Below, piece by piece: positions 57,953-64,000 of a DNA stretch of 64,000 nucleotides. The DNA comes from a virus. Taxonomy: Duplodnaviria > Heunggongvirae > Uroviricota > Caudoviricetes. Position 1 is the stretch's first letter, and the number at the start of each line of letters is the position of its first letter. The stretch covers positions 1 to 64,000 of IMG/VR virus record IMGVR_UViG_3300009702_000022. One strand, 5' to 3'. The position numbers and the translations under genes were made by a program. The notes under the pieces were generated by a model, which did not search any database, was not told the origin of the DNA, and saw nothing but the letters and a program-made list of their open reading frames with translations.

Positions 57953-59376
57953 CTTACAAGTAACCTCATCAAGAAATTTTGAAAGTCTCTCGAATTATCT
58001 GTGGCTCCAGTAACTGCATGTGTGCATTCTTCTAAAGCAGTTTCGAGAAGAATCTGACCGTTGAGATCATTACGAATGTAGACAATGTTCTCACCGGGTT
58101 TCACGAACCCAAAACATTCGCTCCCAGCGTCACTGATTTCATCGAAGCCCTTTACCATTGGCTTGGGACACTTCTCAGTGTCGATCAGATCGGTGGCTGT
58201 GATCCACTCCCAAACCTGATTAACGGCGTCGATCGCCTCGAAGGTCGGGGGCGTGATGGTTCGGCCTTTGCGCTCATTGTCATTGAGCACGTCGCCTACG
58301 CCTTTGATACCGTAGTCCTTTATTACGTCCAGCATTGCTGCCTCTCGGATAACCGAGATGCTGTAGCCCTTCTTACGGGCGAACTCAGCAACCAAACCTT
58401 GGTTTTGTCTACAGGCCACTTTGTTGCCGTTGACCTTCTCCCAGGCCTCCTGCCACCGCTGCCGACGTTCATCGGTCTTTGGACCACTTTCCCAGGAGTT
58501 TAACTTGACATAGTATGAGTCAAGTCCCGTTTCTAAACAGGCCTCTCCTCGGTCCAAGGCAGTGAACAACACAACCAGATCGTCAACCGAGGCGTCTCGA
58601 TACAGTTTGCCAATGGCGGCGCGGGCTGTGTATTCGTCCAGGTTTCGACTTTCATCGATCTTGATTTGGTCTCCAGTGAAGTTGTAGTCCCGAAGGCTTT
58701 CCGCACTGTTGTGCAGCTCCCGGACGAAGACCCCGTTGTAGTAGACCTGGGCCTTACGTTTATCCGGGCTGATCTTTGGAAGGATGTTTCGCCCGAGGTC
58801 GGTGGCTCCGAAGTGGAGAAACTTCAAGTGAAGATTGTCCACATACTCTTGGCACTTGTCGCAGGATTCAATGAACACTCGGGTGTAGCCATCCTGGGCC
58901 CTTACCCAAGAATCTGGCACAATCTCAATGGCGAGATCTCGGTCCAGGAATGCCTGCCGCACGGGAGCACCATCCTTCAACTGGTGCTCTTTGTCCGTGC
59001 GATCAATGGCATTTGCAACGAACTCGCGGAGGGCCATGTCCAAGTTGCATTTCCAATCCAGTTCACCCATACCCAGGGTCCACCCTAAGTCCTGTTTGCG
59101 CTTGCTCGTGCCTCCATACTGCACGTACACTTGATTCTCGCGCCGCTCTTCCAGGCCATCATTGATAACAACGGCCTTGGTCTTAAACTCCATGCGAGTC
59201 TTCCCACAATAGACCGTGACTTTCTTGCCTGCCCGCAAGAGGGTGCAGATCGCCAGCTTGGCACCGCTGCCGAACTGACCGATCAACGAGTTGTTGGCCC
59301 GGCTGCCGCTGGCGCCCAACAAAGTAAAAGCCTCAGTCGGAGCAGTTCCGCGATTTTGTACTAGAAGATAAGTCAT
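57940..59376 (-). CDS. hypothetical 479-aa protein (possible glycine-rich nucleotide-binding loop GQFGSGAK)
   Basis: Start trimmed to MTYLLV behind GGAG so that it sits downstream of promoter P6. No family recognised. Confidence 0.45.
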   Translation of the reverse strand: MTYLLVQNRGTAPTEAFTLLGASGSRANNSLIGQFGSGAKLAICTLLRAGKKVTVYCGKTRMEFKTKAVVINDGLEERRENQVYVQYGGTSKRKQDLGWTLGMGELDWKCNLDMALREFVANAIDRTDKEHQLKDGAPVRQAFLDRDLAIEIVPDSWVRAQDGYTRVFIESCDKCQEYVDNLHLKFLHFGATDLGRNILPKISPDKRKAQVYYNGVFVRELHNSAESLRDYNFTGDQIKIDESRNLDEYTARAAIGKLYRDASVDDLVVLFTALDRGEACLETGLDSYYVKLNSWESGPKTDERRQRWQEAWEKVNGNKVACRQNQGLVAEFARKKGYSISVIREAAMLDVIKDYGIKGVGDVLNDNERKGRTITPPTFEAIDAVNQVWEWITATDLIDTEKCPKPMVKGFDEISDAGSECFGFVKPGENIVYIRNDLNGQILLETALEECTHAVTGATDNSRDFQNFLMRLLVRWLA

Positions 59377-59410
59377 TTTGATTTCTCCAGTTGGTTGTTG
59401 TTTCGTCTCG

Positions 59411-59450
59411 CCTCTACTTAAAGCATACACTATGAAAGCAGGATGTCAAA
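59411..59450 (-). promoter_or_regulatory. conserved promoter P6 on the minus strand (TTGACA-17-TGTGTATGCT, then TTAAGTAGAGG)
   Basis: Reverse complement of 59411-59450. Confidence 0.55.
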
Positions 59451-59982
59451 TAAATTCCCAGTAATATCCTCCAGCAGTCAGCCTTCTCTTTCCATTAGGT
59501 CGAACATACTTGTTGCACACAGCAGATATTGAGCTGGGCACAACACCAGTCTCGCGGCCAGCTTCGTAGGCACTTGAGAAAACTTTGCCATCCCCTCTTC
59601 TGACGGGTTTGTTATTTTGTGTCCCATCCCTTAACCTGTCAAATTGATTCTCACTCTTGGTGCCGTATTTCAGATTGCGAAGTCGGTTATCCAGCTTTCC
59701 GCCTAGGCCATGTAGAACTTCACACCCGTCTGGGCAAGGTCCAAGAAAAGAAGCCGCAACAAGGCTGTGTACTGTTCGATTTGTATGTTTAGCCTCTTTG
59801 CTCAATACCACCATGAGATATTTGTTTGTACCATAATTGTGCTGTTTTAGAATCCTTCCTTTAAGCCGCCTCTCTCCGAGATTGGTCACTTTTACAGTCC
59901 TGTCCAGTGACCTGACCCGACCAAGATTTGACACTTGGTAGGCACCTTCGTATCCAACTACATCTTTCCATATTTCATTCAT
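59446..59982 (-). CDS. free-standing HNH homing endonuclease with a NUMOD4 motif
   Basis: WKDVVGYEGAYQVSNLGRVRS (NUMOD4); HGLGGKLDNRLRNLKYGTKSENQ (HNH); C-terminal GYYWEFI. Confidence 0.75.
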   Translation of the reverse strand: MNEIWKDVVGYEGAYQVSNLGRVRSLDRTVKVTNLGERRLKGRILKQHNYGTNKYLMVVLSKEAKHTNRTVHSLVAASFLGPCPDGCEVLHGLGGKLDNRLRNLKYGTKSENQFDRLRDGTQNNKPVRRGDGKVFSSAYEAGRETGVVPSSISAVCNKYVRPNGKRRLTAGGYYWEFI

Positions 59983-60113
59983 TAGAAATCGTAGAAATCT
60001 TCCAGATAGTTTTGGTATTCCGCTTCAAGGTCCGAGATTGTATCTGGCCCTTGGGCGTGCTTGTAAGCACAAAAGACCAAGATCAATAAGGCTGTGATAA
60101 GTAAGTAAAGCAT
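59982..60113 (-). CDS. 43-aa single-TM peptide (not in the ORF track)
   Basis: MLYLLITALLILVFCAYKHAQGPDTISDLEAEYQNYLEDFYDF; TAATG-coupled to the HNH gene; directly downstream of P7. Confidence 0.3.
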   Translation of the reverse strand: MLYLLITALLILVFCAYKHAQGPDTISDLEAEYQNYLEDFYDF

Positions 60114-60124
60114 TTTGTTTCCCC

Positions 60125-60164
60125 TTTCTACTTAAAGTATACACTAAGTAGGCAGGTTGTCAAA
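60125..60164 (-). promoter_or_regulatory. conserved promoter P7 on the minus strand (TTGACA-17-TGTGTATACT, then TTAAGTAGAAAGG)
   Basis: Reverse complement of 60125-60164. Confidence 0.55.
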
Positions 60165-60653
60165 TGATTTTTCAAATTCTTTTGAGAAAGCCGGCCCATA
60201 CACTACCACCTCGGGGGTGATATCAGTGAGGCCTATCTCAACTGCGTTTCTTTCTACGCTGCAACGCTTAATTTCTAAAGGAGACAAGTAAAGACTTCGT
60301 GTTTCTAAGCTCTCGAACTCCCAGGGAACATCATGGTACAAGTCGGTGATTAAAACAGAGAAGTCCAGGCCATTAAGGCGATAGCCCTTTAACACGTAGA
60401 ATACAAGAACCTTTGCTATTTTATTGTATACGCGAGTGTAGGAATAGTAACCAGTTACCCTCCTGAGATATTCTTCTTGATTGAACGCTAATTTATGATA
60501 TCTAAAGGTGTCAGAGGCATACATTTCAGTGACACTTAATTCTTCTGGAACTGCAAACATGATACTCGGTGGGTAATCTCCATCAGGTGTGCGACTCTTC
60601 GACCAGTGTTGACTGCCGCCGTAAAAACGAACGATTGCGTTTTGTCCTAACAT
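60144..60653 (-). CDS. hypothetical protein (169 aa)
   Basis: ORF. Confidence 0.4.
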   Translation of the reverse strand: MLGQNAIVRFYGGSQHWSKSRTPDGDYPPSIMFAVPEELSVTEMYASDTFRYHKLAFNQEEYLRRVTGYYSYTRVYNKIAKVLVFYVLKGYRLNGLDFSVLITDLYHDVPWEFESLETRSLYLSPLEIKRCSVERNAVEIGLTDITPEVVVYGPAFSKEFEKSFDNLPT

Positions 60654-60693
60654 TGATTACCTCGGTTTGCGTTTTATTTTGTGGCGGGTTCTG

Positions 60694-60951
60694 CTATTTA
60701 GCTGATGCATCAGTGATCTCTGTTGCTTGGAACTTCACCACTTCTGTCTCGGGAATTTGTTGTTGTCGAGAACCTCCGTCTCTAACACGCCAAGACCGGT
60801 TGTATTCATTTGTCTTCCGTTTTATTTCGGTGCGGGCGGCTACCGGGCCCCTAGCAGTTGTCCACGGAGTAGCGAATTCTTGAGTAACCCATACATTTCC
60901 CCTGCGCCAGTATTTTCCATTCTCTTTGTTCCGAAGCATGTAGATAATCAT
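60694..60951 (-). CDS. small basic hypothetical protein (85 aa)
   Basis: ORF. Confidence 0.35.
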   Translation of the reverse strand: MIIYMLRNKENGKYWRRGNVWVTQEFATPWTTARGPVAARTEIKRKTNEYNRSWRVRDGGSRQQQIPETEVVKFQATEITDASAK

Positions 60952-60983
60952 TTCGATACCTCGTTAATTAGAAGATAGTCTTT

Positions 60984-61586
60984 TCACTGCCTTTTAAAGT
61001 ACTCTCTGTTTATCTCACAGCCAACAAATCGCCGGCCTTGATTCAATGCCGCCACCCCCGTAGTTCCAGAGCCAGCACAAGGATCAAATACAGTATCCCC
61101 GGGGTTGCTACTGACAGATACCAGATATTCACACAATTTTATTGGCTTCTGAGTGGGGTGCAGCTTGTTCCGAGTGGTTGGATATCGCCACACTGTATTT
61201 TTGCAATGCTCGTTGAATGTGGCTTTCGGGCGTCGGGCAAACACACAGCATTCGATTCCGCTAAGCCATAGACGCGAACCATTCATTGGGGAAGGATTTG
61301 TCTTCTCCCAAATGCACAGTCTCGTAGTCATGTGCCGTGCCAAGGTTTCTCGGATCTCGCTAACTTGCTCGGTAGAACAAAAGATATAACAACTACCTGC
61401 GATAACAGGAATCAAAGAACGGAGGAATATTTGCAAATCGAATGTTTCAACATCCGCCGCGCCCTTATCCAGGTTTCTGAGTCCACTAGATTTTCGGTTT
61501 ATTTTGCCATATGGGATATCCGTTAAAACAAGCTCCACCTGTCTCATATCTTGCATAAATTCTATGCAATCAGTATTATAAAGCAT
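60984..61586 (-). CDS. beta-class N6/N4 DNA methyltransferase
   Basis: LVLTDIPYG (motif IV) then HPTQKP...VFDPCAGSGTT (motif I). Confidence 0.75.
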   Translation of the reverse strand: MLYNTDCIEFMQDMRQVELVLTDIPYGKINRKSSGLRNLDKGAADVETFDLQIFLRSLIPVIAGSCYIFCSTEQVSEIRETLARHMTTRLCIWEKTNPSPMNGSRLWLSGIECCVFARRPKATFNEHCKNTVWRYPTTRNKLHPTQKPIKLCEYLVSVSSNPGDTVFDPCAGSGTTGVAALNQGRRFVGCEINREYFKRQ

Positions 61587-61863
61587 TTAAGCCTTCCTTT
61601 TTCAAGTCTTCAGCCAATCGCCGGTGGAACGCCTCTTCCCCATCATCCCCACTAAGAAACCAATCAATCCTTTGAGTGTAGATGTAGGCTAACTTGAGAT
61701 ACCGAGCAGCCTCGCGGAACTTTTCCAAAGTCTCAGAAACATCTCCAAGTCCGTAGGGGGTGTGACCGTCTTTTGGATGGGTTTCTTTGTCTAGAATGTC
61801 TTCGATCTCGTCAGCAATGTTTTCGATATGGAACTGGGCGTAATCAAAGTGTCCACCGCTCAT
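61576..61863 (-). CDS. hypothetical acidic protein (95 aa)
   Basis: ORF. Confidence 0.4.
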   Translation of the reverse strand: MSGGHFDYAQFHIENIADEIEDILDKETHPKDGHTPYGLGDVSETLEKFREAARYLKLAYIYTQRIDWFLSGDDGEEAFHRRLAEDLKKEGLNAL

Positions 61864-61874
61864 GATACTAACTC

Positions 61875-62060
61875 CTAATTTAAGGGTAATTGTTTGCCAT
61901 TATTGTTTTGTTTGTAAACCAAAGTCTTCACTCCGTTTCTAGCAACCTTCCAGACTTTTGCACTTCCGTGAAAGCGAAACAGGTTGCGCACTTCATGGTC
62001 ACATTGGGCTTTCTTCCAGCCATGATAACCACTGGCGCACTCAAAGTAGTATTCATTCAT
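61875..62060 (-). CDS. small hypothetical protein (61 aa)
   Basis: ORF. Confidence 0.3.
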   Translation of the reverse strand: MNEYYFECASGYHGWKKAQCDHEVRNLFRFHGSAKVWKVARNGVKTLVYKQNNNGKQLPLN

Positions 62061-62454
62061 GGTCTGTTTGCTCGATCTTGGCCTTCCAATCGGTATGAAA
62101 ATACGGCATGTTGAATTTCTTCATTTGATTGTCGGCCGCAATGATCCAACGTGACCGCCTAGAAGTTTCATCTATTTTCACCCTTTCAGTTCCAAACTCT
62201 TCTTGACAATCCCTCTGGAAAGCAGCGTAAAGGGCATTCTTGAATGTCGCCTCTAGACCTTCGTGCATTTGCTCAACAAAGAATGGATACCGGCCTTCTC
62301 GCCAGTCATTAAGGACGTTGTTCATCATGGCACCAATTGCCGGATGAAGCTTGTCCCCATTATATGCGGTCACTTTGACCTTGATCGTGATCTCATAATC
62401 TCGCGCTTCCGAGGTTTTGTCGTCTCCACTTATAGTAGTCTTACTTGAAGCCAT
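62053..62454 (-). CDS. hypothetical protein (133 aa)
   Basis: ORF. Confidence 0.4.
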   Translation of the reverse strand: MASSKTTISGDDKTSEARDYEITIKVKVTAYNGDKLHPAIGAMMNNVLNDWREGRYPFFVEQMHEGLEATFKNALYAAFQRDCQEEFGTERVKIDETSRRSRWIIAADNQMKKFNMPYFHTDWKAKIEQTDHE

Positions 62455-63076
62455 ATTTATGGTCCCTTTCTGCTTGATACCCGAGATAGAATGCTGGGTG
62501 ATCGTGCCCGCTTCTACCTATAAGTATAGCATACAATTCTTGTTCGTCAAATGGAAAATAATTTCCCGTCAGCATTCGGATGTTATCAACTCCAACATCC
62601 ATTGATCGGCGCTCCTTTCCCAGCCACTGGTCCAGGGTTACCTCACGCTGACCATGTGTATGTCCGTACAGGTGCGCCCATCCCTTGTGGCTCCCAAACC
62701 AGAAGGCTTGTGGCGAGTGGGACAGAATACAATGTAGGTGGCCATCAGTTCCTCGTAGCTTCACTTCGCGCTGAAACGGGATGTTCGGTCCAAAGACATT
62801 CTGGGACTTCTGTACGGGGTCGTGGTTGCCTCTGGTGAGATACACATGCTTGCATTTGATCCGTTGACGGTAGCGGGTGGGCTCGGCACTAAAGTCACCC
62901 AAGATGTGCAATTCATCCTCCGGCTTCACCTTGCAGTTGATCGCATCAATCAAATAGACATCCATTTCCTTGGCGGAAGGGAACAGTTTATGGCTGCCAG
63001 GGTAGCAACGTGCCATTGACCGGATCAACCTGGTCTTGCATCCAAAGTGAGTATCAGCTACGAAAAATCGTTTCAT
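62441..63076 (-). CDS. calcineurin-like metallophosphoesterase (Ser/Thr phosphatase-like)
   Basis: FFVADTHFG, GDF, GNHD and GHTHG motifs; start at MKRFF. Confidence 0.7.
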   Translation of the reverse strand: MKRFFVADTHFGCKTRLIRSMARCYPGSHKLFPSAKEMDVYLIDAINCKVKPEDELHILGDFSAEPTRYRQRIKCKHVYLTRGNHDPVQKSQNVFGPNIPFQREVKLRGTDGHLHCILSHSPQAFWFGSHKGWAHLYGHTHGQREVTLDQWLGKERRSMDVGVDNIRMLTGNYFPFDEQELYAILIGRSGHDHPAFYLGYQAERDHKYGFK

Positions 63077-63297
63077 GGGGACACCCCATTCTCTTCCAAT
63101 GCTTTTTTCAAAGTCATTCCACAAACTCCTACATATTGTACTCCATCCTTCCACCAAGCAAATTGTCTGATACCATCTTTAATTCCCTTCTGGTATCCAA
63201 GTAACAGTATCCGTTTAAGAACATCAGAAGGCAAATCATGTCCACAGAAGCCAATAGTATGATCGTTGGCATAGATATATTCAATTAGATCATTCAA
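63073..63297 (-). CDS. small hypothetical protein (74 aa)
   Basis: ORF. Confidence 0.35.
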   Translation of the reverse strand: MNDLIEYIYANDHTIGFCGHDLPSDVLKRILLLGYQKGIKDGIRQFAWWKDGVQYVGVCGMTLKKALEENGVSP

Positions 63298-63300
63298 AAT

Positions 63301-63699
63301 CTATTCTCCTATCAGTTTCTTTACGGTTTCCTTACCAAGGGTTTCAATGGCAGAATTTAGTGACTTCAAAGCAGTGGCCTGCTCTATCTGGGCATTAAAC
63401 GCCCTGTCCGCTTCATGGACATCGTCTAACATCTTCCTTGGAAGTATGCCATATTTGGCGGCATCGTCAAATCCCAATTCAGACCATGCAATTATCTGAG
63501 GATACCCATGATAATGTTGTTCTATCTCGAAATGGCAAAATGTGCCATCCTCAAATACAAGTGTCAATGCTTGAGATTTTAAGTGAAGCGCTGCGATCGT
63601 GTGCCCTTCTGATTGCTCCAAATCCAGACGTTTCTCGTTGATGAGTTTACTGATCTTTTTCCGCTTTTCTTTAAGTTGATTGCTTGTGACCGGATTCAT
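63301..63699 (-). CDS. hypothetical protein (132 aa)
   Basis: ORF. Confidence 0.4.
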   Translation of the reverse strand: MNPVTSNQLKEKRKKISKLINEKRLDLEQSEGHTIAALHLKSQALTLVFEDGTFCHFEIEQHYHGYPQIIAWSELGFDDAAKYGILPRKMLDDVHEADRAFNAQIEQATALKSLNSAIETLGKETVKKLIGE

Positions 63700-63995
63700 A
63701 ATTCCTTTATACCTTCTTTCTTACAGAACAAAACAACGTAATCTTTGATCTTTGCCAACACTTCATTTGCATCACTGCAAATGAGATGGCTAGAGTAAAA
63801 GTTGCTAGATATATTTCCATTGCCAACATACACGAAGTTCAAATTGCGCAAATATCCAGCGACACAAACAACCAGAACCTTTGAGGTTGTTTTATATGTC
63901 AACTTGACGATATCACCATCTTTTAGTCTGGAAGCTTGGAAATGGGAGTTAGCATTTTGAATTTCCTTGAATACTTGATAAGCAGTGATAATCAA
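63696..63995 (-). CDS. hypothetical protein (99 aa)
   Basis: ORF. Confidence 0.35.
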   Translation of the reverse strand: MIITAYQVFKEIQNANSHFQASRLKDGDIVKLTYKTTSKVLVVCVAGYLRNLNFVYVGNGNISSNFYSSHLICSDANEVLAKIKDYVVLFCKKEGIKEL

Positions 63996-64000
63996 CTCCT

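Noticed and set aside
57940-59430. N-terminal 18 codons of track ORF 57940..59430
   Set aside because: They would place the -10 element of promoter P6 inside the coding region; the internal Met with GGAG at 59376 is a better start.
1-64000. Genome-wide TAG reassignment (code-15-like amber recoding) as the explanation for the in-frame TAG in the tail chaperone
   Set aside because: TAG is a clean stop at 1600-1602 and 24246-24248, where read-through gives non-coding-like sequence, and none of the large late genes (tape measure, 1027-aa tail protein) contains an in-frame TAG. No CUA-anticodon tRNA was found.
1-64000. CRISPR array, integrase, transposase or other mobile element apart from the inteins and HNH genes
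   Set aside because: No direct-repeat/spacer array, and no recombinase or transposase motifs seen in any frame.

Overview
This window reads as a contiguous piece of a large tailed dsDNA phage genome (about 50% GC, densely packed, many ATGA/TAATG start-stop couplings). No integrase, transposase or CRISPR array was seen.

Layout:
- 1-15.3 kb (+): late/tail module. It holds a 5'-truncated tail fibre, a putative major tail protein followed by a terminator hairpin, a G/T-type tail assembly chaperone with odd recoding, a ~1166-aa tape-measure protein split by a -1 frame break, tRNA-Thr(UGU), two tandem paralogous ~295-aa tail proteins, a repeat-rich 433-aa protein and a 1027-aa host-specificity/tip-like protein.
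- 16.6-20.5 kb (-): replication genes (DnaQ-like exonuclease, dATP/dGTP-diphosphohydrolase-domain protein, primase-polymerase/SF3 helicase).
- 20.5-20.9 kb: an inverted-repeat/iteron-rich intergenic region, candidate origin or partition site.
- 20.9-25.2 kb (+): ParB-like, DUF4417-like and an RGG-rich protein.
- 25.4-39.8 kb (+): SNF2 helicase carrying an HNH mini-intein, a sugar C-methyltransferase-like MTase, a GT41 (OGT-like) glycosyltransferase, an HTH-metallophosphoesterase, a family A DNA polymerase and a Dam MTase.
- 39.8-55.2 kb (+): tRNA-Asn(GUU) in a promoter-driven non-coding locus, VRR-NUC nuclease, HAD 5'-nucleotidase, sigma-factor-like protein, Stf0-like sulfotransferase, PD-(D/E)XK nuclease, GNAT, a second MTase, ribonucleotide reductase with a LAGLIDADG intein and a frame break, dCMP deaminase and ThyX.
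- 55.3-64 kb (-): small Zn-ribbon proteins, two free-standing HNH homing endonucleases, a third MTase and a metallophosphoesterase.

An 8-copy conserved sigma70-like promoter family with a conserved downstream box marks the transcription units. All calls come from reading the sequence and remembered family motifs; no searches were run.
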